Notes: generated from the sequence alone by a model not told the origin. Shown: positions 10,629 to 21,916, counted from the whole stretch's first letter. The stretch: 63,238 nt of DNA, filler included, from Olpidium bornovanus S191 (GCA_017911155.1; 31 parts of 31 records of this genome joined end to end with filler, not necessarily neighbours in it), one strand, 5' to 3'. Program-made: numbers and translations.

Positions 10629-11539
10629 ATGGGCCCGCCGTCCTGCTGCCGCTGCCGCGGCCGCCCCGCACCCGCATCCGCATCCGCATCCGCGCTGGTC
10701 ACCCTCGCCTTCGGCGCCGCCGCTGCTTGCGCCGCGAGCATCATTGTCCCCGCCACACCCGTGGGCGGTTCCGGAGAGGCGGAGATCATCGTGCCCATGG
10801 CAAGTACCCCCTCCTCGTAGACATCCCCCCCCCTTCCCCTCCCCTCCTCTCCCTCCCTACCGGGATGCGTGGGGATCCATTCCCCAAAAATTGCGCAACT
10901 TTTGTTCATCCAAGAGCGAAACCCCCCCCCCAGCTTCCGTTCTTCCACACAGGCACGATCGACTATTTCCTGTTCAAGGGCTTGGTTCCTCTGAGCGGGG
11001 AGGAGTACTTTGCCGCCTGCGTCTCGGCGCTTTTCCTGGCGTTCACGAGCGTGGCCATGCAAACCTTGACGCCTCAGTACGAACGGCACTGGCGCGAGGA
11101 AGAGATCGAGGAGCTGGTCCGGAACCAGAGCCGCGAAGCGGCGGCGGGGGCGGGGGCGGCGGCCGCGACGGGGGCGGCGGCGGCGAAGCTCTCGCCCGTC
11201 CGGCGGCTCGCCGCGGCGCTGGGCCCGTGGTCGTGCCGGCGGAGGCGGCAGAGGAGCTTCCCGGGAGACGACGACGTCGTCAGCGACTTCGCGGCGTTCG
11301 TCGCCTCGCCGCCGGTCCGCGGGACGACCGTCGCCTTCCGGCGCGCGACCTGGTCCACCCTGTCGTTCGCCCTGACCAACCTCGTCATGCTGATCCTGAT
11401 GTCCTTCAACGTCGGGTTCGTCTCGTCCGTCCTGGCCGGACACTTCCTCGGGGTGTTCTTCCTCCAGCGGACGGCGGGTGCGAACGAGGAAGCTCTCAGG
11501 GCCCTGCTGCGCCCTGCCCCGACGGTGGCGTGCCACTGA
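10629..11539 (+). CDS. CTR: Ctr-family copper transporter, 2 exons (10629-10799, 10934-11539), about 258 aa
   Basis: PM|LPFFHTGTIDYFLFKGLVP, then TM1, then NLVMLILMSFNVG (MxxxM motif), a GHFLG TM3 and a C-terminal ACH. The in-frame join requires a GCAAGT donor at 10800. Confidence 0.88.
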
Positions 11540-11617
11540 CGGGAGGAATAAAAACGAAGCCGGGACTTTTTCGTCGTTCGCCCGCCCGTCGGCGGCGCTC
11601 TGCCGAGAAAGGATGGG

Positions 11618-11663
<46 letters not shown>

Positions 11664-14260
11664 AAAAAACACCCCCGCCGGNNNNNNNNNNNNNNNNNNN
11701 NNNNNNNNNNNNNNNNNNNNNNNNNTTAATTAATTAANNNNNNNNNNNNNNNNNNNNNNNNNNNNNNNNNNNNNNNNNNNNAATAAAGGCCCGGTCAGCC
11801 GCCATACATCTCTCCTGTCCTCCATACTTTTTCATAGGGCAGAACCGCGCAGACCCGGCACAACGCCACATTCCGCCGCCAGCCTATCCTTCTGACGGCC
11901 GTTGCGATGCGTCAAGATTGCCCAGTTTAGTTTTCAATTTTGGTGGAGAGGGGTTTGTGGGGGTTCGGAGTGGACGCGCGCGCCGATTATCCCGAAGGGG
12001 GTGGGTGGGGGTTACAACCGCGCCCTTTTATGCGTTGAATCGCGGATTACTGAAGCCCGTCTGCCCGACGGATCTCAATTATGACCCTCGCTTTGGGCCA
12101 ACTGAAGTGATGTTTGGCCGAAGGTTTTTGTCGAGCTCCCATCCAGCTCCAACGCTTGTTTCGAACGCTCAACTCACCAAGGATGCGGTTTATCCGCCCT
12201 CGTGAATCTCATCGGTTTCTGCTTTTGGCAACCACGGAGCACTTTCTAAGCGTTACCTTCAAACTTCGCCGTATGGGAGCTTCCGCCAATGGTTTGCGAA
12301 TTGATCGAAGGGCTTCGGAAACCCGTGGGGGCACGCATGCGGCGGAATCAAGTTATTCATGAGGACTCGATGCCGCAAAAGCGGGCGCTGCTTGCACCTT
12401 GGCTGCTCGAGCGCGGCGCGCGCCATGACGCTGAGGCAGACAGCTGCCGGCGGGCGCAGCAGCAGGGTCAACGAACGACCCACCCTCGTCAGCATCCATG
12501 GCGGAAAGGCCAAAAGGAACGACATGCAAACGAGGGAAACACCCAACCGAGCCACCTTATATACCCAAGGTCACGGGCGACTGAGTCAAAGTGATGTTAC
12601 GCCACGAAGAACAGAGCAACAGTATCGCCAACCAACTCGATTGTTACGCCAAGTCGCAGAACCAAACCCGTGGCAACTACGGTGACAACTCTTTTTGTTT
12701 CTCCCACCCTCTTTTCTTTCAGCTTATGCCCCTGCAGGAGGGACTTGACACCCACAACAACAGCCGATTATCAGGGAAAGGAAAAGTCGGCTGCTGTGGA
12801 TTTTTTTGTCCACGGAATCCTTTTGCCTGTGATAGCCCTGTGCCTAAACATCCGGAATTGGTAACGAAAAATAAGGCGACATTCTCACGCAAAAGGGAGT
12901 GTCTTCGCCGCCACCCGTTGCTTTACAAAAGGAGAGCGAGTGTAGAGGAAAAGCCGGCGACCGGAACCGCACCTTGAAAAATTGAGTCTATTAACCAGTC
13001 GTCTCAGTCAGGTCTTCACGCAATTCAATTTATCGGAGAACAGAAGACGTGAACCGAGGTGCGGCAGAGACGAACGGTGTTGGTTGCCTGAGCACCGCAG
13101 CGAAGGGGGGGGGGGCGAAAGGAAGGAAACACGTCGATGCCTTAAAGCAGATTGATAATTATTTAGTCGAAACCACCACACGCGTGCCTCCACTCCAGCA
13201 ACGTAAATAACTTCCCTCACAGTGAGACCACCAACAATCTACAGCGGACCCTTCCCTTTCCACAGCTCCGCAAAAAAGACGGCTGCTGAGGCGCACGTTT
13301 GGGGTATAGGAAGGAAGGCGAGAGGCAGAGAAGGAGACGTGCCGCTCGTCTTCTCTCGCCATTCGAGCACTCCCCAAGCGCGCGTACTCCCGCTCTGGTC
13401 TGAAACGGAGCCCGTTGCAATCTCCAAAAACAAACAAGGAAAGCCGCCGAGGCGACACCTTTCGGAGAAGCAGTCAGAGAAGGGGGAAAGGGAAAGAAGC
13501 AGTGTCGCCGGGACACTCTCGGCTGTAAAGGTAAGAAAATACGCATCCGATCTTAGGGCCCCTGCGGTCACCAAAAAAATGCCCGATTTCCGGCCTAGCC
13601 GAGCGCCTTCACACTGCGGCTGTGGGGGATTTTGCCTCATCGTGTAAAGTCCTCTGTCCATTCTGCCCTCGGGTTGCCCAATGAAGGTACATACAGGAAA
13701 CGCGGAAGACGCGTGCCAGCGGTAGGCGTCCTCCGCGAAAGCAAACAGGTGCGTCGCGAAGGTCACCTGAGGTCACAGGTAGATGTCTTAATTTGCTCTT
13801 TGTTTTGAATATGTTTAGTTTCGCGACCGGATGCTCTGGCACCAATTTTCCCTGTGAATACCGCAGATGTCACGAAAGAAACGCAGGGTCACTGGGGTCG
13901 GCTGCTGTTCGGAGCTCTAAAATACCTGTCCCAGGGCCAAGAGACGGTGCGTGCGTTGTACATGCTGTTGTTTCAAGATGTGATATCCCTGTCCCAGGGC
14001 TCAGGGACGGTACGTGCGTTGTACATGTCTGCGTGTTGAGCGTGTGTGGCATCGAGCAAGGGACGGGTTGCGCCGAAACGCGCGCCACCGTCTCTTCTGT
14101 TCAGGGGCGATCTTCCGGTCGAAGAGTCTCTTCGATGGGGACGCGTCGAAGTAAGAAACGACTACGATCCCGATCGACGATCTCCCCAGAGATCCCAGAC
14201 CGCCGATCCTCTTCCGTTTTGTCCTTCCTTTTCCTTCCTTTCTCCATGGTGCGTCGCCTT

Positions 14261-14270
14261 GTCACGTGAC
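14261..14270. promoter_or_regulatory. GTCACGTGAC E-box abutting a CCAAT box upstream of the SMIM13-like gene
   Basis: GTCACGTGACCAATC lies about 150 bp upstream of the ATG at 14423. Confidence 0.45.
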
Positions 14271-14422
14271 CAATCGTCTGCAACCTCGCCAGGGCTGTCG
14301 TCTCTCGAGAAACCAACCGCCTAATCTGTGTTCTGTTTGAACGAACCATCGCGAGACCACGAAGGCGCGCGGTTTCTTATTCATTCCAGGCCAACTGACA
14401 ACCGGTAGCCTGAACGAACAAA

Positions 14423-15034
14423 ATGGCGGCTAGCCTCGCGGAATCCGCCTTCGACCTCGTCTACTCTGTGCTGGCCTTGTCGGTGGCCCTCGGAGCTGCG
14501 CTGTTTGTCATCATGGCAGGTCAGAGTTCGGGCTTTTACGGGCCGGCGGGTGTCCGCTTCGTCTGCGATGACCTTAACAAAGTCTGTCCTGTCCCGCCAG
14601 CGTGGTACCTCGTGTGGAAGCTCGTGCTTTCCAAAGTTCCGTTTTTCCGCGAGATATTGGGCCTGAACCCGAATCCGTCCCGCCCGCCGCTGGCTACTGG
14701 CAAGGCCGCCGCTTCACTGTCCAAAAGGCGGTCTTCCACTTATGGCAAAGAAGGGAGCCTCCCGAACAAACAGTTCTCAGCGATCTCCGCTTCTGGCAAA
14801 CAACATCCCTCGACGCCGCCGTTTCAGGCCCCCTCCCGGGACGGTGAAGGGCTTCGGCGGAGGTTGTCGTCGTCCCGGAGTGAGCTGCCGACAAGCACTA
14901 GATCATCCGAAACACCGGTCCCCGAATCTGACACCGCTGCTGAGCCCACCACGGGCTCCGAGGACTCAAAGGGCAGATCGAGAGTCCGGTTTGGGGCCGA
15001 CGAGCTGGTTTTCGAAGACGACTATATTCGCTGA
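14423..15034 (+). CDS. SMIM13: SMIM13/UPF0766-like small membrane protein, 2 exons (14423-14519, 14601-15034), about 176 aa
   Basis: After removing an in-frame 81-nt GT-AG intron, a hydrophobic helix joins AWYLVWKLVLSKVPFFREILG, versus human SMIM13 GWYFVWHLFLSKFKFLRELVG. Confidence 0.75.
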   Translation: MAASLAESAFDLVYSVLALSVALGAALFVIMAGQSSGFYGPAGVRFVCDDLNKVCPVPPAWYLVWKLVLSKVPFFREILGLNPNPSRPPLATGKAAASLSKRRSSTYGKEGSLPNKQFSAISASGKQHPSTPPFQAPSRDGEGLRRRLSSSRSELPTSTRSSETPVPESDTAAEPTTGSEDSKGRSRVRFGADELVFEDDYIR

Positions 15035-16998
15035 GAAGTCGGCGGTATTGGCTGGGAGACCGTGAAGCGAAAGCAGAAAGAGAAGCCCAGCACGGCACGT
15101 CTCTTTCACAGATCATCCCGACAGTTTCCGCTCGGGGCACCGAAAGGCCCCTACCTGTCTCGGGGTCCCATCCAGCCGCAGCGACGCTCGGTCCGCCCTT
15201 GTGGCACCAAAGAATGAGGGATTGCAGCCACCGTGCCAGTACGCCGAAAGAGGTTTTTGACCTCCGAAAACAAACACCGACACTTCGTCCTGGTGCCGGG
15301 ATGCTCATGNNNNNNNNNNNNNNNNNNNNNNNNNNNNNNNNNNNNNNNNNNNNTTAATTAATTAANNNNNNNNNNNNNNNNNNNNNNNNNNNNNNNNNNN
15401 NNNNNNNNNGCCTCCTCTCCGCAGCGCAATGTCAGGAGTATATTGGTAAGATTATGGTTTCATCAATTTTTGTTGCAGAAGCAGAACTGAATTGAAGTCT
15501 CATCATCCAACGCCATGTTGCCTAATGCCGGGTTAACACACCTTCAAGCTTAGTCTCGCGCAAATAGCGGCTAAACATAAACAAACGTTAGTGATCCGCA
15601 GGCGCAGACAGCCACGATGCCGCGCGCCGTCAAAGGAATTCAGCTGGTAGTGCATGTTCTTTTGCTTCCATTGCGCGGAGCGCATATCAAAGAAAGAATT
15701 CTGAAAGTATCATCACCTCCGTCGCCAAAAAACGTAAACACCCCGGACTGCGGCTTTACCTGGTAAACAAGGGTCCTTGCTCGATAAAACTAGGGAAGCA
15801 AAAGGACCAGAAGTGAGAGGAAGAATCAAGGGCTTGTAAAGCGCAAGCGGCGTTCAGAACACAAAAAACTCCAGCTTCATCTACGAGGAATTCACTTAAT
15901 TGTCACACACAGCAACTTTTGCTGCTCGTGAAAGCATCAGAAGTAACGTCTAATCACCAGCGGGGTGTGTGCGGGAGGGGAGGCCTGGGAAACCGAGCGA
16001 CCTCGCAGTGTCGCTTACCTGGTCGGGAATGGAGACGGGGGCCGACGCGCCCAGGAAGCACGTCGTCTCGTCCTTCGCGCGCGAACGGGGTCGGGCTCCA
16101 GCGCGTGGCAAACGCAGAGAGACGAGGCGAGGTTTTCCTCGTCTCTTCGGGTCGAGGGAAGAGAGGGGCGGGGGTAGGCCGACGAGGTCCTCGACCAATC
16201 TTCCCCGTGTTCCGTCGGTGGTTCCCGCGTGCGGCAGTTCCGTTATTCTATTTTTGGTTTTCTTTTTCGGGGGGAAAGGCCGGGAGGGCTGCCGCGGCGA
16301 CCGGCAGAGCGTGCCCTATTTATACTCGGCAAAAAAAAAACCAAAAAAAAACAAACGCCCAGGATTTCCCCACAGCCCTTTTCCCCCCTCCCCGGGCCGC
16401 AGCAGCGGTTGGCTCACCGTTGAAAACCGGACAACCTTGACGGCGGACGAGACGGGAGGGTCCTTGCGCGCGGTAACCCCCCCCCCCCTTTTCCCCTCCC
16501 CCTTTCGGGCCCCAGTTTGTCCCCGCCCCCTGCGTCTTCGGACGGCAACCAATCCTTTCGCTCCCTCATAGAGTTCCTGGAGTCCCCCGCGTCTTATGGG
16601 TGCATCAATTGAGGCTGGGATTCGCCTGCGGCTCACCACCAGTGCTGGGTGAGCCCACGCTTGGTAGAATGGTTTCTGCGCTTCCATCCGGTAGCAAAAA
16701 GACTAAATTTTTTTTGTGTTTTGTATTCATGCTACATAGTTTCAAGGACGTGGCATATGTACGTAATTTAAAGATTGATGGAAAAAAAGTGAGAAAAAAG
16801 ATAAACTAGGAAGTGAGGACCGTAGAACAGCAANNNNNNNNNNNNNNNNNNNNNNNNNNNNNNNNNNNNNNNNNNNNTTAATTAATTAANNNNNNNNNNN
16901 NNNNNNNNNNNNNNNNNNNNNNNNNNNNNNNNNATGCTACGGACCTGCACGTAACATTTTTACGAGCCGGCCTTAAACACTCGCTAATATCCGGCACT

Positions 16999-18360
16999 TT
17001 GTCGATTCGTGCTTGTTTCCCCACCGAATTCATGCAGCACAGCGTCACAATTTTATCCGCGTGTTTCACGCGGCTGAAGAAAACGGTCGTGCTCGGCAGG
17101 CTCGTTGAAGACCACTTGTCACGGAACACAATTAAAAGCATACTGCAAGACAACGCCGGCCAAGGACGTGATTTGGTTACACCAACGTGGAATTTGCTTT
17201 GGAATATTACAATAAAGCTCGACAGTTACCTTGCGGATTCGCAACTGACAGTCTCCGATAGATCTGCAGCGGTAGCTCGTTTAGCTGAGATAATTTGTGT
17301 CTTTGCGTTGAATACGTTCGAGGCGCTACCCAAACACAATCCAAGGACCCAGGACGTTTTTGATCTGCTTTTTCGTTTGAAAAATTGCAAAGAAAGCTCC
17401 CTCTTGCAATGCGTTCGAGAGTTGGAAACACTCCCAAGAAGAAACGATACCTTGATCCGGAATGCAAAAAGGCTTTTTCGCGCCCTCGACGAGGACGCGC
17501 TAACGCTTTGCAGCGAATCGACGATAACAAATGTCCACGGACAACTTGACAGAACGTTCGCCCCAGTAGTCTGCGTGGAAGACTCAATTCAGGAAATTAT
17601 CCGATTTAACCGCTCTGCGCGGGAACAAGTTGACGGGTCGAAACTGGCAGAGCGTGAAGAAACGGCGACGGAGATCAAAACCGCCGGGACCGGGGCGCTC
17701 CCGTTCCCTGAAACAGAACATCAAGAACAAGACGAAGCGGAGATCGGGGATTACGCGGAATACGAGCAAAGCGGCGAAGCGGCGGCGGACGTTTCGCATG
17801 AGCTCGTCGACATCAACGTGCTTTCAGAAGCAGATAAGCTGCCGGCATGGATCAAAAATCGAGTCAGGAAACTGCTGGAGGAGGCACGGGCCGAACTGGA
17901 GCTCCCTATGGCAGCTCGCGACATCCGGCACGTGCTAAGAACGGCGGAATGGCAGGGCCGGAAGGTTGGCGAGCGGTACCGTCGATTCCACGAGCAGAAG
18001 TCGGCTAAGGTTTTCGTAGACGCCGGTCGCGTCCTCGAAAGGATCCGAGAGTGCCGGCAAGATCTATATGCAAGGAAGTTAGATGAGAGACTAATCGATT
18101 CGTTGCTTGATATCAAAGAAGATCTAGAGAGTGAAATATCGAGGTTGCGGATTACGACGGAAACCGTCAGGAACGACATTGACGACGAAGTGCGCGCGCT
18201 GGAACGATACGAAGCCTCGGAGTCCACAATAATGGAAATTTTGCGAAAGGTCTCTGACGGCACGCCGCTGGGGAGAGTGTTGTGGCCGAAACCATCGGAA
18301 CGTTCTGCCAAGAGGAGGCACGGCCACGGACGACGCGCCGGCCCGAAGTGCAAGCAATAG
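16999..18360 (+). CDS. Hypothetical protein (uninterrupted 453-codon ORF, probably 5'-truncated); helical N-terminal part, acidic linker, coiled-coil C-terminal part
   Basis: Long ORF with normal protein-like composition, unlike the GC-driven shadow ORFs elsewhere. I recognise no family motif. Confidence 0.75.
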   Translation: MSIRACFPTEFMQHSVTILSACFTRLKKTVVLGRLVEDHLSRNTIKSILQDNAGQGRDLVTPTWNLLWNITIKLDSYLADSQLTVSDRSAAVARLAEIICVFALNTFEALPKHNPRTQDVFDLLFRLKNCKESSLLQCVRELETLPRRNDTLIRNAKRLFRALDEDALTLCSESTITNVHGQLDRTFAPVVCVEDSIQEIIRFNRSAREQVDGSKLAEREETATEIKTAGTGALPFPETEHQEQDEAEIGDYAEYEQSGEAAADVSHELVDINVLSEADKLPAWIKNRVRKLLEEARAELELPMAARDIRHVLRTAEWQGRKVGERYRRFHEQKSAKVFVDAGRVLERIRECRQDLYARKLDERLIDSLLDIKEDLESEISRLRITTETVRNDIDDEVRALERYEASESTIMEILRKVSDGTPLGRVLWPKPSERSAKRRHGHGRRAGPKCKQ

Positions 18361-20151
18361 GAGACGCGGCAAGTCGCGGCGGGATTTGGCGGGGGAAAAG
18401 AGAAACCGGCACGAAATTTTTTTCCCCGCCAGTACCCCCGGTCCCCGCCCGCACCACCGCCCTTCCCCTTTCTCTTCCTCCACCGATTGGATTCATCCAT
18501 AATTGCCATTTGATACAGTTCTGTCGCGCCGTCGTGACGGCCTTTCCCTCGTGGGGTCAAAAGACAAGCAAAAAACTTTGCGGAAAGGCGCTTGCCCGCC
18601 CAATGAAACTTCGGTTGCGCCAACCGCGCCACCCGGGAAGCATGNNNNNNNNNNNNNNNNNNNNNNNNNNNNNNNNNNNNNNNNNNNNTTAATTAATTAA
18701 NNNNNNNNNNNNNNNNNNNNNNNNNNNNNNNNNNNNNNNNNNNNCATGACGCGGAATTGCAAATGCAAAATACGGGACGTGGCGTGCCTCGGATGGTGAG
18801 AGGGTCCCGTGAGAAGTGCCTTGACGAGAGTGCGCCTCAAAACCAGGAAACAAAATCCGTTAAAAGGAAAACAAAAACAAAAAAATTTCGACCCTCACAT
18901 CCAGCGGGAGTGTTGTCGGGTATCACGTCACAATGGCACGTTACGGCGCTCCGCCAAACATTTTTCTGATTTTATTTTCCTTTTCGGTTTCTTTCTGTTG
19001 TTTTTTGTTTTCTATCTTCCCGCCGCACGGCGCCTGATGTGCTGCGGCTTTTTTTGCTTACACTAACCGCATTTCCCCCCCCTACCCCCACCCCCCCATC
19101 CCCCTGCCTTCGCGCCGCTATCTAGCCGTGCAGTGCCTGCCTCGACGCTTGCAACAACGGTCACTTCTGGATGTTCCACGCCGAGGGGATCCGGTCTGCT
19201 GACAGGATGGATCCAACAGGTACTTGAAAACGAGGGCTTTCGCGTTCTGCGGCAGGACTTCGCCGGCCGACCGCTTTTTGTGCTATTGATAACGCGGGCC
19301 TTTCTGGCCAAAAAAAATCTCTCGCAGGTACCAAGGCGCTGTTGTGGGCGTCTATCCTGTGCGTGGAAAAAGACAGACACGGCTTCGAAGGAGAGGGAGA
19401 GGTATTTTTGTGCCGCTAAAAGAGGCGGACATTTTCCACCCTCCGCCGCGCCGCCTATCCTTTAGAAAAAATAGAAAAAAAAAGGAAACGGCAGGAGGGG
19501 GCGGGGATGGGCCTTTCGCTCAGGAAATAAATTAAAAACATTTACGGACAACGGCGTTCCCCTCCCCCACCTGCTAATTGTTGGTCGGCTGCAATTTTAA
19601 GTTTCTTATCTTTTGTGTTAGTTTTTTTTCTTGTGTTCTCTTAATCTTGTTCCGGAAACGAAATGTTATTTTCTCGTCATCCTCTCTCTTTATCCTTCCC
19701 AAATCGTGCACGAACGCCCTTCCAAACCCGTTTTTTTTGTCGCACTGTAACCTCTAACAGCTAAACGAATAAAGGTAGAATGAAAATCACCGCATGATCA
19801 TTTGCAAATGTTACCCTTTTTTCTTTTTTTTTGAACCATCAAGTCTATTTTCGCTCTGCACTCAATTCCGTGTCCGTGTTTTTTGTTTATTCGCGAAGAG
19901 GGAGAGCGTAGGGNNNNNNNNNNNNNNNNNNNNNNNNNNNNNNNNNNNNNNNNNNNNTTAATTAATTAANNNNNNNNNNNNNNNNNNNNNNNNNNNNNNN
20001 NNNNNNNNNNNNNCATGGAATAAAATAGAACTACCCTCTGACGACCGCACCCCAGAGACAATTCACCTTAACTTATTACGGAGCCACCTTTTGCTTCCAG
20101 CAGGGCAACGTCGCAGCTGCGCAATGCTCGCGCCCGCGCCCCCCCCCCCCA

Positions 20152-20187
<36 letters not shown>

Positions 20188-20679
20188 TGTAGGAAACCAC
20201 TTACGCAAACCGGCTAGCGATAAGAAGGATTCAAACGCTTTTTTTTCCTGACGGGGCGGTGCGAGAATAAAAGGAGCGACGGGAATGCCGCCCACCGCCG
20301 CTGAGGAGACAACTTGGGGAAAAGCGTGCCCTGCGTGGGGAAAAGTAGTGAAAGATAAGAGAATTCTTTAGGAAAAAAGCTGAGAAGAGCGAGGGAAAAT
20401 TATAACGTCGAGCCAAGAGAGAGAATGGATAAAGTATTGAAATAGAGAGTCATCGTTTAAAGAGAGTAGCCTGATAATCAGGTGAAAAACTTGCGGCCAT
20501 CCATTATGTTGCGCGTGTTCAAAAAAACCCCGTCAACAGAGGCGGGACATCATTCAGCAGGGCGAATAGGCAAAAGAAGGTAAAGGGAGGTGCGAGAAGG
20601 GTTATGCCGCATGATGGTCAAGTGACACACACGCGGGGCGACTCAGATACTTAGCTGACACTGATTGGCCCAATTTTGT

Positions 20680-21375
20680 CTAAGGCATTCTGTAAATCAC
20701 GGAGGCGGGAGAGCCTCTTGTGAGTGCATTTGCAGTTTTCTGCGCTGTGTTGACATGCGCGATGACGGTCTCCCGACGTTTGACTGCATCACGGATGAAA
20801 TGGTGCTGCCTCCTGATATGGCACGTGCGCGGGTTGTGGTGGTTTGACATAGCGAGCTCTAATGAGCCGTTGTCGTTGATGTAGAGCGTCGCGGGAGCTG
20901 CATCGGTGTCTGTCTTGAAATTTGACGACTTTTCGGGCGAGGCCGCAGGGCGAGAAGAGATCGCGATCAGCAGAGGAGGAAGCAATGTATTCTGCCTTTG
21001 TCGAGGAGAGGGCCACGCACAGTCTGCTTCACGGACCATTAGCGGACGGGGAAACCACCAAACAGGATGGGTGTAGCCACTGCGACTCTCGTCTGTGGTG
21101 CGGGCAGCCAGCCCAATGGCTGTCGACGAAGGCAACAAGACCAGAAGAGGAGAACTGACGAACGGGAGCCGCCGGCGACTACGGGCGGAGGACTCTGAGG
21201 GGGCGAAAGCCTGCAAGGTACCGCAATCGCACTTTACCGTACCAAGATGCGCACCAGATGGTTTGCCATTAGATTGAGACAATAAACTTTCCGCGGTAGC
21301 GATGTCCGGACGGGCACCATACGGCCTATAGCAATGAACCAATGATTTCCTGATGCCGAGATTGATCTGCTGCTT
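20680..21375 (-). mobile_element. Degenerate Ty1/copia pol fragment (RT C-terminus plus RNase H)
   Basis: DQSRHQEIIGSLL*...RPDIATAESLLSQ, ALSSTKAEYIA and LYINDNGSLELAMSNHHNPRTCHIRRQHHFIRDAV...TANALTR are copia RT/RNase H motifs. The region has an in-frame stop and frameshifts. Confidence 0.9.
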
Positions 21376-21404
21376 TATCGACAAAATAATCGCGGCGGAG
21401 AAGG

Positions 21405-21649
21405 TGTGAGAAGCCTTTGTGGTTTATTCGGGAGTGCGGGGATAAGAGGGAAGTACTGCGACTACACGGTTACAACAGCCGAAGGGAGGGCACGTGATTG
21501 GCTAGTCTGAATTCTGACACCCCCCCGTAATCACAGAACTAATGACCTATCTCAAGAAGACCGATAGTGGAACGGTGACGTGCAAAGTCAGGAAAAGGGA
21601 GTGGTTTAGTGAAGAAATCAGCGACAATGTTGGCGGAAGGGCAGCTATC
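21405..21649 (-). mobile_element. 3' end of a second Ty1/copia element: RNase H C-terminus (21649-21539), G7 polypurine tract (21526-21520) and a 115-bp LTR (21519-21405)
   Basis: DSCPSANIVADFFTKPLPFPDFARHRSTIGLL* is the copia RNase H end. It is followed by GGGGGGG and TGTCAG...AATAAA...CTCACA (TG..CA termini). Confidence 0.8.
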
Positions 21650-21916
21650 NNNNNNNNNNNNNNNNNNNNNNNNNNNNNNNNNNNNNNNNNNNNTTAATTA
21701 ATTAANNNNNNNNNNNNNNNNNNNNNNNNNNNNNNNNNNNNNNNNNNNNCCCTATTAGATGAAATGTGAAAAATTAGTCCATTTTACCCCGCCAGCCCGG
21801 ACATACAACTGCGAGCAAATGAACTGGCCAACAAAAAAAGCGAAAGTAAAGATGAAGCAGTGAAAGCATGGAGACGCAGGGTAAAAATGACCCGAACCTA
21901 AAAAAAAGAGTCTTAC

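Noticed and set aside
15540-16200. A series of small exon-like segments on the minus strand with good GTAAGC/GTAAAG donors
   Set aside because: A gene is probably present, but no frame combination gave a recognisable or stop-free product.
19133-19330. GWIQQVLENEGFRVLRQDFAGRPLFVLL, faintly like a CRAL-TRIO 'D..GRPV' segment
   Set aside because: Only about five matching residues and no supporting flanking exons.
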